A DNA stretch of 64,000 nt, from assembly GCA_027483945.1 (NCBI GenBank), contig JAIXTM010000003.1:55873-119872 (forward strand). The letters are read 5' to 3'. Made by a program: the position numbers and the translations under genes. Numbering within the stretch: the first letter of the stretch is position 1; each line of letters opens with the position of its first letter. A model generated the notes under the pieces. It was not told the DNA's origin and did no database searches. It worked only from the letters and a program-made list of their open reading frames with translations. Positions 47,292-58,426 of this stretch are shown here, one piece after another. Origin of the DNA: Hyphomicrobiales bacterium. Lineage in GTDB: Bacteria > Pseudomonadota > Alphaproteobacteria > Rhizobiales > Beijerinckiaceae.

Positions 47292-47376
47292 TTGCCCGCC
47301 CATAAGGCCCGCGCCACGCCCGCCGCGGCGCGCCGGCGACAGCGCACGGGAGCGGGATCAAGACAGGATACGTACG

Positions 47377-47856
47377 ATGACCGCAGACCCCACCCCTTTC
47401 GACGACAGGCTCGACCTGCGGCTGGAGCGCGTCGTCGATGTGCCTCCCCAACTGATCTGGCGCGCCTGGACCGAGCCGGAGCTGCTGACGCGCTGGTTCA
47501 CGCCGGCGCCCTGGACGACCGCCCATGCGCAGATGGACGTCCGGCCGGGCGGCAAGTTCCGCACCGTAATGCGCGGCCCCAACGGCGAGGAGCATGACAA
47601 TACCGGCTGCTTCCTGGAGGTCGTGCCCCTGCGCCGGCTGGTCTTCACCGACGCGCTCGGCCCCGGCTTCCGGCCGGCGGGATCGGGGTTCATGACCGCT
47701 GTCATCGACATCGCGCCGGAGGGCAGCGGGACCCGCTATGTCGCAACCGTTCTCCATGCCAGCCCCGAAGCCCGCAGGAGCCACGAGGAGATGGGCTTCC
47801 AGTCCGGCTGGGGCGCGGCGCTCGACCAGCTCGTCGCCTTGGCCAAGACGCTCTGA
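47377..47856 (+). CDS. SRPBCC/AHSA1-domain protein
   Basis: ORF 47377..47856. LRLERVVDVPPQLIWRAWTEPELLTRWF...GGKFR...GWGAALDQL is the typical Aha1-like START-fold pattern. Confidence 0.8.
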   Translation: MTADPTPFDDRLDLRLERVVDVPPQLIWRAWTEPELLTRWFTPAPWTTAHAQMDVRPGGKFRTVMRGPNGEEHDNTGCFLEVVPLRRLVFTDALGPGFRPAGSGFMTAVIDIAPEGSGTRYVATVLHASPEARRSHEEMGFQSGWGAALDQLVALAKTL

Positions 47857-47869
47857 CAGGACAGATGAA

Positions 47870-47894
47870 CCCCCGGCGCATCCGGCGCCGGGGG
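47870..47894. terminator. GC hairpin between convergent genes (possible factor-assisted or bidirectional terminator)
   Basis: Perfect 10-bp stem CCCCCGGCGC/GCGCCGGGGG with a 5-nt loop. There is no clear U-tract on either strand. Confidence 0.4.
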
Positions 47895-47902
47895 GTGCCG
47901 GA

Positions 47903-48193
47903 TCAGGCGAACAGCCGCTCGCCCTCGTAATCGATGATCTGGCGGCCCTTGATCAAGGCCATCTCCCCGGCCGTCTGAGCATCGGGGAAGCGGTCCGCCC
48001 TGACGAATCTGTGGCTGCGCATCGTTCCGTCGGGGGCCGCCTTCTCGATCACGCCGCAGAGCTGGTACTGCCCGCCCTCCTTGTAGGGCGTGGCGCGGAT
48101 CGTGAAGCCCTTGTGCTCGGCGGTCGGCCCCGCCGCGATCTCGGGCCCGCCGCTCTCGCCGCCGAGGCCGAAAAGCTTCTTCAGGAAGGACAT
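47903..48193 (-). CDS. small conserved protein, HlyU-like (as annotated in rhizobia); function uncertain
   Basis: Internal ATG (MSFLKKLFGLGG...) of ORF 47903..48226. It starts 1 nt after the LysE stop. The assignment is from memory of similarly named ~95-aa Rhizobiales proteins. Confidence 0.5.
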   Translation of the reverse strand: MSFLKKLFGLGGESGGPEIAAGPTAEHKGFTIRATPYKEGGQYQLCGVIEKAAPDGTMRSHRFVRADRFPDAQTAGEMALIKGRQIIDYEGERLFA

Positions 48194-48194
48194 G

Positions 48195-48806
48195 TCAGCG
48201 CTCCGTGAGGGCGAGCTTGGCGCCAAGGCCGACGAAGGCGGCCGCGAAGGTGCGGCGCAGCCATGTCATGACCCTCGGCCGCGAGATGACCTGGTCGCGC
48301 ATCGCCGCGGCGAAGAGGCCGTAGAGCGCGAAGACGGCGAAGGTCATCGCCATGAAGACCCCGCTCAGTTCCATCATGCGCAGGAGCGGCGCGGGCGCGT
48401 CGGCGGCGATGAACTGGGGCAGGAAGGCCACGAAGAAGATCGAAAGCTTGGGATTGAGCAGGTTGATCAGGATGCCGTCCGTCAGCACCTTTCGCACGGA
48501 CCGGGCATCCGTCTTCGTCTCGACCTTCAGCGCTCCGTGCTCCCGCAGCGTCTGCCACGCCATGTAGAGGAGGTACGCGACGCCGGCATACTTGACGATC
48601 TCGTAGGCGAGCGCGCTGGCATGAAGGATCGCCGCGACGCCCATCATCGCCGCCAGAAGATGCGGCACGATCCCGACTGTGCAGGCAAAGGCGGCAAGAA
48701 CGCTCGCCCCGGAGCCCCGCGAGAGCCCGGCCGCGATCGTATAGATCGCCCCCGTCCCGGGCGAGGCGACGATGATGAAGGACGTCAGCAGGAATTCGGG
48801 GGACAT
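48195..48806 (-). CDS. LysE family amino-acid exporter
   Basis: ORF 48195..48806. IIVASPGTGAIYTIAAGLSRG and LLNPKLSIFFVAFLPQF motifs, with 6 TM. Confidence 0.85.
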   Translation of the reverse strand: MSPEFLLTSFIIVASPGTGAIYTIAAGLSRGSGASVLAAFACTVGIVPHLLAAMMGVAAILHASALAYEIVKYAGVAYLLYMAWQTLREHGALKVETKTDARSVRKVLTDGILINLLNPKLSIFFVAFLPQFIAADAPAPLLRMMELSGVFMAMTFAVFALYGLFAAAMRDQVISRPRVMTWLRRTFAAAFVGLGAKLALTER

Positions 48807-48879
48807 GGCGATCTCCGCGGCGCGATGCGCCGCATCTGACTGCCGGCGCGAGCGGAAGTCCAGCTAGGCGGACGCCATG

Positions 48880-48906
48880 AAAAAGGCGGGCGCCGAAGCG
48901 CCCGCC
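48880..48906 (-). terminator. rho-independent terminator after rpoD
   Basis: On the minus strand: GGCGGGCGC-ttcg-GCGCCCGCC (9-bp stem) followed by TTTTT. It lies 25 nt after the rpoD stop. Confidence 0.75.
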
Positions 48907-48930
48907 TTCGTTCCGGCGCCGTGCCGGGAA

Positions 48931-50913
<1,983 letters not shown>

Positions 50914-51139
50914 TTAATCCTGCTCCGTCGGACCATGGCCCGCCTGGCGGACCGCGTCCTTTTTCACGTCGTGCAACCCGCGACCCGCGAGGGCCACAGC
51001 CAAAAGGGCAGCGCAGGCCATGCGCGGCCCGGCCACCCTGTTATCCATACGCGGCGAAACGGCTTGATGAACGGTTAACCATCCCCCGGCCATCCGGCGT
51101 CGCTTCCTTAGCCGCACCGGGGAACGATCTCAACCTCGA

Positions 51140-53056
51140 TCAGCCTCCGAAACCGGAATGCTCGCCGCGCTCCAACCGGTCCCGGTCGGCTTCCGCACCC
51201 TCGATGGATGCGATCCGCGCCTGCACGTCTCTCAACCAGGTGAGGTCGGCCTCCTCGCCGCTCTCCGCGAGCGCCGCTTCCGCCGCCTTGAGTTCGCTAT
51301 GTAGGGTCAGGCTCTTGCGATGCAAGATGATCGCCTGACGCAGGGCGTCCTCCACCCGGTCGGGCAGGGCCTCGGGCGCGAGCAGCCAGGCATCGCCTGG
51401 CCGCACCTGCGCTTTCAGCCGCGCGATGAAGGGCGAGAGCCCGGCGCGTGCCGCGCGGGATTCGATCACCTCGGGCGGCACGGGCGTGCCTTCCGACGCG
51501 ACGTCGACGAGCAGCCCCCGCAGCCTCTCGCTGTCCCGGCCCGAGAATTCCAGCGCGACGAGATCTTCCGCATGCCGGCCGATCAGCTCCGGATGGGCGA
51601 CGAAAAGGGAGAGGATCATCGCTTCCCGCCAGCTGCCGGTGGCCCCGCCGGCAAAGAGCGCCGAGCGCTGCAGCGCCTCGCTCGCCTGCAAGGGAAGGCG
51701 CGCGGTCGGCCTCGGGTCGAAGCGGCGCGGGCCGCCGCCGGCAGGCCGCTCCGCCTGGCGCCGCCGGTCGCGGCCGAAGCCCGCGGGCCTTGGCAGAAGC
51801 GTCTCGAGGCGCTGCGCCATCTCGGCCCGGTAATGGCGCCGCAGGTCCTCGTCCCGGATGGCGGCGAGGAGATCGCCGATGCGGCGCTCGAAAGCGGCGC
51901 GGCGCTCGGGCGTGTCGAGCGGCCCGGCCTCGACCTCGCGCGCCCAGAGCATATCGACGAGAGGCCGCGCCGCGGTCAGGACGCGCTCGATCGCGGCGGG
52001 GCCGCCCGACTTCGCCAGATCGTCCGGGTCCTGCCCCTCCGGCAGCAGGGCGAAGAGCAGCGAGCGGCCGGGCTTCAGGAGCGGCAGGGCCACGTCGATC
52101 GCCCGGTAGGCGGCGCGCCGGCCGGCCTTGTCGCCGTCGAAGCACAGGATCGGCTCTCCCGCCATGCGCCACATCAGGCCGAGCTGGTCCTCGGTCAGCG
52201 CCGTCCCGAGCGGCGCCACGCTGTGCGCGAAGCCGGCCGCGGTCATGGCGATGACGTCGACATAGCCCTCCACCGCGATGACGGTGCCGGCATCGTGCGC
52301 CGCCTTGCGGGCATTGTGGTGGTTGTAGAGGAGCGAGCCCTTGTGGAAGAGCGAGGTCTCGGGGGAATTGAGGTACTTGGCCGGCACGTCCGGCTGCATG
52401 GCGCGCCCGCCGAAGGCGATGATCCGGCCCCGCGGGTCGGCGATCGGGAACATGACCCGGTCGCGGAACCGGTCATAGGGCACGGCGATGTCCTCGCCGG
52501 TGACAAGGAGCCCGGCCTCCACCATCGCCTCGCCGGGCACGCCCTTGTTGGCAAGGTGGTCACGCAGCCCGAACCGGTCCGCCGGCGCGTAGCCGATCCG
52601 GAACCGCCGCTGCAGGTCGGGGCCGAGCCCGCGCCCGGCGAGATAGGACCGGGCATTGGCCCCGGCACGACCGGCGAGCTGCGCCTCGAAATACTGGCAG
52701 GCGAGCTCGACCACGTCGGTCAGGCTCTTGCGCTTCTCCTCCTGGGCATGCGCCTCATGCGCGATGCGGGGCAGCGTGACGCCGGCTTCAGCGGCCAGCC
52801 GCTCCACCGCCTCCGGGAAGGGAAGCCCGTCCACCTCCATGAGAAACGAAAAAATATCGCCGTGCTTCCCCGACGAGAAGCAATGGTAGAAGCCCTTCTG
52901 GTCGTTGACGTAGAAGGACGGCGTCTTCTCGGCATTGAAGGGCGAGAGGCCCTTCCACTCCTTGCCGGCCTTGATGAGGCGCACGCGCTTGCCCACCACG
53001 GCCGAAACAGGCAGCCGTGCCCTGATCTCCTCGAGGATGGCGGGCGGGAATTTCAT
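51140..53056 (-). CDS. dnaG: DNA primase
   Basis: Internal ATG (MKFPPAILEEIRARLPVSAVV...) of ORF 51140..53944, in frame (1917 nt). CHC2 zinc finger YHCFSSGKHGD and TOPRIM VIAVEGYVDVIA...CFDGDKAGRRAA. Confidence 0.95.
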   Translation of the reverse strand: MKFPPAILEEIRARLPVSAVVGKRVRLIKAGKEWKGLSPFNAEKTPSFYVNDQKGFYHCFSSGKHGDIFSFLMEVDGLPFPEAVERLAAEAGVTLPRIAHEAHAQEEKRKSLTDVVELACQYFEAQLAGRAGANARSYLAGRGLGPDLQRRFRIGYAPADRFGLRDHLANKGVPGEAMVEAGLLVTGEDIAVPYDRFRDRVMFPIADPRGRIIAFGGRAMQPDVPAKYLNSPETSLFHKGSLLYNHHNARKAAHDAGTVIAVEGYVDVIAMTAAGFAHSVAPLGTALTEDQLGLMWRMAGEPILCFDGDKAGRRAAYRAIDVALPLLKPGRSLLFALLPEGQDPDDLAKSGGPAAIERVLTAARPLVDMLWAREVEAGPLDTPERRAAFERRIGDLLAAIRDEDLRRHYRAEMAQRLETLLPRPAGFGRDRRRQAERPAGGGPRRFDPRPTARLPLQASEALQRSALFAGGATGSWREAMILSLFVAHPELIGRHAEDLVALEFSGRDSERLRGLLVDVASEGTPVPPEVIESRAARAGLSPFIARLKAQVRPGDAWLLAPEALPDRVEDALRQAIILHRKSLTLHSELKAAEAALAESGEEADLTWLRDVQARIASIEGAEADRDRLERGEHSGFGG

Positions 53057-53158
53057 CGGGTACGTCGTGGCTTGGGTCCGGTAGACTATACGAGCCCCCC
53101 GGCACTTGCCACGTCCACGATGCCCCACCCGTCCCGTTCCAGACATGCCGGAGCTGAC

Positions 53159-54055
53159 ATGCCGACGCTGAAAGCCCACGGCCTGTCCGCCGCCATCAGC
53201 CCGGCGCATGGGGGTATCGTGACTGCGCTCGACTGGAGGCATCCCGACGGCACGGTCCAGCCGCTGCTCCACGGGCTCCCCGGCGCGGAGCCGGGCACCG
53301 CCGAGCCGAACCGTTTCGGCCTGTGGCCGCTCCTGCCCTTCGCCAACCGCGCCTTCGACGGCGTGCTTCGTTTCGGCGACGAGACGATAGCTCTTCCGCT
53401 CAACGCTCCCGATGGCCGCTCGGCCATTCACGGCTTCGGCTGGCAAAGCCCGTGGGCGGTCGAGGACCTGCGGGACGACCGGCTCGTGATGACGCATGTC
53501 CGCGAAGGCGGCGCCGGACGCGGACCCTGGGCCTACCACGCCGTCATGACGGTTGCGCTGACGCCCGGCGCGATGCGGGTCGAGCTTGCCGTCACGAACC
53601 GCGCGGGCCGGCCCCTGCCCCACGGGATCGGCCTGCATCCGTGGTTCCCGCGCACGCAGGAGGCACGGTTCGCGGCGTCGGCGCGTGGCGCGCTGGTCCT
53701 TGGCGAGGCCTATCGTCCAAGCGGTTCGGGTCCATTGCCACCCGACGTCGATTCGCTTGGCCGCTGGTCCCTGCCGCCGGACGCCGAGCTCGCCGCGAGC
53801 CTTGTCGACTGGGACGGGACGGCCAGGCTCGAGCTGCCGGAGCGCGGCCTCGCCATCACGATCCGCGCTTCGGATACGCTCCGCCACCCGGTCCTGTGGT
53901 CGCCGGCGGGCGCCGATTTCCTCTGCTTCGAGCCCCAGTCCCACGGCATCGGCGCGGCGAGCGAGGCCGCGGTCCAGGCGGTGACGCCACTGACGGTGCT
54001 CGCGGCCGGCGAGACGCTGTCCGGCTGGATGGAGATCGCGGCCGCCGCGGCCTGA
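53159..54055 (+). CDS. aldose 1-epimerase family protein
   Basis: Last 298 codons of the spurious ORF 51320..54055. GLWPLLPFANR, IHGFGW, GIGLHPWF, and LCFEPQSH motifs. An alternative ATG is at 53120. Confidence 0.75.
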   Translation: MPTLKAHGLSAAISPAHGGIVTALDWRHPDGTVQPLLHGLPGAEPGTAEPNRFGLWPLLPFANRAFDGVLRFGDETIALPLNAPDGRSAIHGFGWQSPWAVEDLRDDRLVMTHVREGGAGRGPWAYHAVMTVALTPGAMRVELAVTNRAGRPLPHGIGLHPWFPRTQEARFAASARGALVLGEAYRPSGSGPLPPDVDSLGRWSLPPDAELAASLVDWDGTARLELPERGLAITIRASDTLRHPVLWSPAGADFLCFEPQSHGIGAASEAAVQAVTPLTVLAAGETLSGWMEIAAAAA

Positions 54056-54131
54056 GCAGACCCGCGCGAACCCTTGCGCGCCGCGATGCGTTGGTCCTCT
54101 GGCGGCCGACCTGCCGCGTCAGGAGACCACG

Positions 54132-54458
54132 ATGAACCGGGACGCACCCACCACAGACCGGCTCCGCCACGAGATCGACCAGGGCCGGGGCAACAAGGCG
54201 CCCTTCCCCGATCCGGCGGCATCCCCGCTCGGCACCGACGACGAGGCGGCGGGCACCCCGCCTTCGGCGGAGGCGATCCGCACCGCCTCGGTCCACGAAC
54301 TGAAGCCGGGCCAGGCGCGCTCCACCCGCAACACCGACGAGCGCGGCCGCTCGCCGGAGGGCGAGGAGACGAAGATCGCCGGCGGCATGCGCTCGCTCGT
54401 GATCTTCGTGCTCGCCGTCTGCGCGCTGGCGGTGGTCGCCTTCGTCTGGGTCGGCTGA
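54132..54458 (+). CDS. small C-terminally membrane-anchored protein, hypothetical
   Basis: ORF 54132..54458, with AGGAGA 5 nt upstream. About 85 polar/Pro-rich residues (LRHEIDQGRGNKAPFPDPAASPLGTDDEAAGTPP) are followed by one TM (LVIFVLAVCALAVVAFVWV). Confidence 0.55.
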   Translation: MNRDAPTTDRLRHEIDQGRGNKAPFPDPAASPLGTDDEAAGTPPSAEAIRTASVHELKPGQARSTRNTDERGRSPEGEETKIAGGMRSLVIFVLAVCALAVVAFVWVG

Positions 54459-54461
54459 GCG

Positions 54462-54932
54462 TCAGCCGCCGAGCTTGGCCTTCACCATGCCGCTGGCCTT
54501 GGCGAAGTCCATCTGCCCGGCATGCCTGGCCTTCAGGGCACCGACCACCTTGCCCATGTCCTTCATCGAGGATGCGCCCGTCTCGGCGATCGCCGCGTCG
54601 ATCGCCGCGGACATCTGCGCCTCGTCCATCTGCTTCGGCAGGAACGACGCGATGACGTCCACCTCCTCTCGCTCGCCCTGCGCCAGTTCGGGGCGGTTGT
54701 TGGCGTCGTAGATCGCGATCGATTCCTGGCGCTGCTTGGTCATCTTCTGCAGAAGCGCGAGGATCTCCTCGTCGCTCGCCGGGCCCTTGCCGAGGCCGCG
54801 CAGCTCGATGTCCTTGTCCTTGAGCGCCGACTGGATCAGCCGGATCGTGCCCAGGCGCCGCTTGTCGCCGGCCTTCATCGCCTCCTTCAGGCCTTCGGTG
54901 AATCGCTCGCGCAGGCTGGTCATGGCAGGCAT
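54462..54932 (-). CDS. GatB/YqeY domain protein
   Basis: ORF 54462..54932. LKEAMKAGDKRRLGTIRLIQSALKDKDIE...MGKVVGALKARHAGQMDFAKASGMVKAKL. Confidence 0.85.
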   Translation of the reverse strand: MPAMTSLRERFTEGLKEAMKAGDKRRLGTIRLIQSALKDKDIELRGLGKGPASDEEILALLQKMTKQRQESIAIYDANNRPELAQGEREEVDVIASFLPKQMDEAQMSAAIDAAIAETGASSMKDMGKVVGALKARHAGQMDFAKASGMVKAKLGG

Positions 54933-54961
54933 TCCTTCGTGTGTTCGGCCCGTTTCCGCGA

Positions 54962-54990
54962 TTGACGCGCCGGGCCTGTCGCTCTACTCA
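54962..54990 (+). promoter_or_regulatory. sigma70-like promoter candidate for carA (TTGACG-N17-TACTCA)
   Basis: Read directly from the sequence; it lies about 90 nt upstream of the carA ATG. There is no experimental support. Confidence 0.3.
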
Positions 54991-55080
54991 GCGGGCTTTA
55001 AGGAGGCGGCTGGCCGCCCCCCGCTTTGTCGCCCGACGAGCTCCAGCGTTCGGGCCCGGACTTAAAACGGAAACCGCACG

Positions 55081-56322
55081 ATGCCGCAAGACGACGCGAA
55101 CCCGCTTGCCCGGGGTGACGACGGCTGGCAGGGCCGGGCCGGTCCCGCTCCCTGGAGCGAGCCGAAGGTCACGGGCCTCCTCGTCCTGGCCGACGGGACT
55201 GTGCTGGAAGGATACGGCATCGGCGCCGTTGGCGAGGCACCGGGCGAGGTCTGCTTCAACACCGCGATGACCGGCTACCAGGAAATCCTCACCGATCCCT
55301 CCTATGCCGGCCAGATCATCACCTTCACCTTCCCCCATATCGGCAACGTGGGAACGAACGAGGACGATATCGAGACGGTCAACATGGCCGCCTCCTCCGG
55401 CGTGCGCGGGGTCGTGGTCCACGCCTCCGTCAGCCTGCCTTCCAATTACCGGGCGAGCCGGCATTTCGACGCCTGGCTGAAGGCGCGCAACATCGTCGGC
55501 CTGTCGGGCATCGACACGCGGGCGCTCACCGCGCTGATCCGCGAGAAGGGCATGCCCAACGCGATCATCGCCCACGATCCGGACGGCCGCTTCGACATCG
55601 ACGCCCTGAAGGCCAAGGCCTCGGCCCTGCCCAGCATGGACGGGCTCGACCTCGTGCCCGGCGTCACCACAGCCCAGCGCTACGGCTGGGACGAGACGAC
55701 CTGGACCTGGGACGACGGCTACGGCCGCCAGGACGCCCCGCGCCATCACGTCGTCGCCATCGATTACGGCATCAAGCGCAACATCCTGCGCCTCCTGGCG
55801 CGAGCGGGCTGCAAGGTCACGGTCGTGCCGGCCACGACCCCGGCCGAGGACATCCTGGCCCTGAATCCGGACGGCGTCTTCCTGTCGAACGGCCCGGGCG
55901 ACCCCGCCGCGACCGGCGAATACGCAGTCCCGGTCATCCGCAAGCTGCTCGACCGGAAGGTGCCGACCTTCGGCATCTGCCTCGGCCACCAGATGCTCGG
56001 CCTCGCCATCGGCGCCAGGACCGAGAAGATGCACCAGGGCCACCATGGCGCGAACCATCCGGTGAAGGACACCACGACCGGCAAGGTCGAGATCGTGTCC
56101 ATGAACCACGGCTTCGCCGTCGATCCCGCGACGCTGCCGGGCAACGCGCAGCAGACCCACGTCTCGCTGTTCGATGGGTCCAATTGCGGCATTGCGCTCA
56201 CCGACCGCCCGGCCTTCAGCGTGCAGCATCACCCGGAGGCTTCGCCCGGCCCGCAGGACAGCCATTACCTGTTCGACCGGTTCGTCGAGCTGATCGAGCG
56301 CGAGAAGGGCAAGGCGGCCTGA
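55081..56322 (+). CDS. carA: carbamoyl-phosphate synthase small (glutamine amidotransferase) subunit
   Basis: ORF 55081..56322. GEVCFNTAMTGYQEILTDPSYAGQIITFTFPHIGNVGTN, and the GATase triad region FGICLGHQML...HH. Confidence 0.95.
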   Translation: MPQDDANPLARGDDGWQGRAGPAPWSEPKVTGLLVLADGTVLEGYGIGAVGEAPGEVCFNTAMTGYQEILTDPSYAGQIITFTFPHIGNVGTNEDDIETVNMAASSGVRGVVVHASVSLPSNYRASRHFDAWLKARNIVGLSGIDTRALTALIREKGMPNAIIAHDPDGRFDIDALKAKASALPSMDGLDLVPGVTTAQRYGWDETTWTWDDGYGRQDAPRHHVVAIDYGIKRNILRLLARAGCKVTVVPATTPAEDILALNPDGVFLSNGPGDPAATGEYAVPVIRKLLDRKVPTFGICLGHQMLGLAIGARTEKMHQGHHGANHPVKDTTTGKVEIVSMNHGFAVDPATLPGNAQQTHVSLFDGSNCGIALTDRPAFSVQHHPEASPGPQDSHYLFDRFVELIEREKGKAA

Positions 56323-56394
56323 CCGGCCGCCTCCCAAAATCGCAAGCCCTGACGGATCGTCCGGGCTAGCGTCGTCGGCCTGGAGACGACGACG

Positions 56395-57261
56395 ATGCCA
56401 CGCCAGCGCACCAAGGCCGACCATGTCGCCCGGATCGCCCGGGTGATCGACTATATCGGCGACCATCTCGACGACGACCTGTCGCTCGAGCGGCTCGCCG
56501 ATATCGCCTCCTACTCGCCCTACCATTTCCACCGCGCCTTCCGTTCGCTCGCCGGAGAGACCCTCGGCGATGCCGTCCGGCGCCTGCGCCTGCAGCGTGC
56601 GGCCGTCGAGCTGACCAAGACGAATCGCGAGGTGGAGCGGGTGGCGCGGCGGGCGGGCTATGCCTCAGTCGATGCGTTCACGCGGGCCTTCGCGGCCGCC
56701 CATGCGGACCGTCCGGCCAATTTCCGCGCGCGTCAGCGTCTCCGCAAAGCCAAGGGAGACCCTGCCATGAATGTCACCGTCGAGACCTTTCCCGGGATCA
56801 CGCTCGCAGCCCTCGCCCATCGCGGCCCGTATCACGCGATCGCCGGTACCTTTTCCAAGCTCGACGCCTGGGCGGCCGGCTCCGGACTGAAAGATCGGCC
56901 GCGGCGCAGCTTCGGCATCTATTACGACGATCCCGAAAGCGTGGCGCCTTCCGAGCTCAGGGCCGATGCCTGCATCGAGATCGCCCCGGACGAGCCGCTG
57001 CCGGAATGGCTGGAGCGAAGGGTGATCGCGCCGGGCCCGGTAGCGGTAGCGATCCATGTCGGCTCCTATGCCGAGCTGGAGCGGACCTACGCGGAGATCT
57101 ACCGCGCTTGGCTGCCGACCTCCGGCCAGGAGCCGGGCGACGCGCCCTGCTTCGAGGAATATATCGACGACCCACGCACCGTGGAGCCTTCGCGCCTGCG
57201 GACGGCCATCCGCGTGCCGCTCGCGGCCCCCGCGATTGCGGGACAGCCCGCGCTCGTCTAA
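56395..57261 (+). CDS. AraC-family transcriptional regulator with GyrI-like effector-binding domain
   Basis: ORF 56395..57261. HTH region SLERLADIASYSPYHFHRAFRSLAGETLGDAVRRLRLQRAA, and a C-terminal GyrI-like half (FGIYYDDPESV...FEEYIDDP). Confidence 0.85.
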   Translation: MPRQRTKADHVARIARVIDYIGDHLDDDLSLERLADIASYSPYHFHRAFRSLAGETLGDAVRRLRLQRAAVELTKTNREVERVARRAGYASVDAFTRAFAAAHADRPANFRARQRLRKAKGDPAMNVTVETFPGITLAALAHRGPYHAIAGTFSKLDAWAAGSGLKDRPRRSFGIYYDDPESVAPSELRADACIEIAPDEPLPEWLERRVIAPGPVAVAIHVGSYAELERTYAEIYRAWLPTSGQEPGDAPCFEEYIDDPRTVEPSRLRTAIRVPLAAPAIAGQPALV

Positions 57262-57311
57262 GCCCCTGACGAGCCGCGCCGGCGGAACCTGGCGGGGGCA
57301 GCAGGGGCCGG

Positions 57312-58040
57312 ATGGCGATGAACTGGCGCGATTACTGGAACAGCGACACCCCGATCTATGTGAGCGAGCGGCACAAGCTCCTGCACTATCGGGGCATCGC
57401 GTCGGACCTCGCCGCCCTCGTCGCGGAGCTCGGACCAGGCGAGCCGCCGATCGTGCTCGACCATGGCTGCGGCGAAGCCCTTGCTGCAGAGCGCGTCGCC
57501 GCCCGCTGCGAGAAGCTCTATCTCTGCGATGCCGCTCCCAACGTGCGAGCGCGCATCGAGGCCCGGCTTGCCGACAACCTCAAGGTGACCGTGTTGGCGC
57601 CGGAAGAGGTCGAGGCGATACCCGACGGCTCGCTCGACATCGTCGTCGCCAATTCGCTGCTGCAATATCTGTCGCGGCCCGAATTCGACGCGCTGCTCGC
57701 GCTCTGGCGCGGCAAGCTGAAGGACGGCGGAGCCCTCGTCCTCGCCGACATCATTCCCCACGGCACCGGCGCCGCGACCGATGCCGCCGCCCTCCTGCGC
57801 TTCGCCGCGAGCGGCGGATTCCTCGTATCGGCCCTCGGCGGGCTGGCACGCACCGCCCTGTCCGATTACCGCAAGCTGCGCGGCACGCTGGGCCTTGCCC
57901 GCTACGACGAAGGCGAGATGCTGGCGATCCTCACCATGGCGGGCTTCGAGGCCGCTCGCAGGCCGCGCAATATCGGCCACAACCAGGCGCGCATGACCTT
58001 CGTCGCGCGCAAATCCGGCGAGCCCGTCAAGGCGGCGTAA
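57312..58040 (+). CDS. class I SAM-dependent methyltransferase
   Basis: ORF 57312..58040. Motif I VLDHGCGEA and the post-I/II pattern DIVVANSLLQYL. Confidence 0.8.
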   Translation: MAMNWRDYWNSDTPIYVSERHKLLHYRGIASDLAALVAELGPGEPPIVLDHGCGEALAAERVAARCEKLYLCDAAPNVRARIEARLADNLKVTVLAPEEVEAIPDGSLDIVVANSLLQYLSRPEFDALLALWRGKLKDGGALVLADIIPHGTGAATDAAALLRFAASGGFLVSALGGLARTALSDYRKLRGTLGLARYDEGEMLAILTMAGFEAARRPRNIGHNQARMTFVARKSGEPVKAA

Positions 58041-58066
58041 AGGCCGCGCGGGCCACACTCGCCCGC

Positions 58067-58426
58067 ATGATTTCCCACCGCTTGTTCACCCTGCCCATCG
58101 CGCTGGTCGGTTTCGCTCTCTACGGCTACGACCAGATCGCCGCCGAGCTCTACAAGCTCGACCTTCAGAAGCGGCTGACGCAGCAGGTCGCGGACGCCTC
58201 CCGCCGGCTGGCGAGCCTGCAGCCGGCCGAGCAGGTCCGCATCGCGCTCGACGCCGCCCGCGACCGCGCTCGGGCCGAGGGACGCAGTTTCGTCTACACG
58301 ATCAGCACCGCGCCGGGTCGGGTCGATGCGAAGGTGAGCGCGCCCTACCGCACCGCCATCTCGCACTATGTCGGCCGACCGGAACTGCCCGCCGAGGTGA
58401 CGCTGACCTTCGGCGTCGCGCGCTAG
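58067..58426 (+). CDS. hypothetical protein with N-terminal TM helix
   Basis: Last 119 codons of the spurious ORF 57056..58426. The ATG is 26 nt after the methyltransferase stop. LFTLPIALVGFALYGY is a TM helix followed by a soluble domain. I recognise no family. Confidence 0.45.
   Translation: MISHRLFTLPIALVGFALYGYDQIAAELYKLDLQKRLTQQVADASRRLASLQPAEQVRIALDAARDRARAEGRSFVYTISTAPGRVDAKVSAPYRTAISHYVGRPELPAEVTLTFGVAR

Noticed and set aside
51320-53158. The N-terminal ~610 codons of the 911-aa plus-strand ORF 51320..54055. I also noticed the N-terminal ~296 codons of minus-strand ORF 51140..53944.
   Set aside because: The first is antisense to dnaG, and only the C-terminal aldose-epimerase part is real. 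The second is an upstream read-through of the dnaG frame across the divergent epimerase gene. The DnaG zinc-finger N-terminus starts at 53056.
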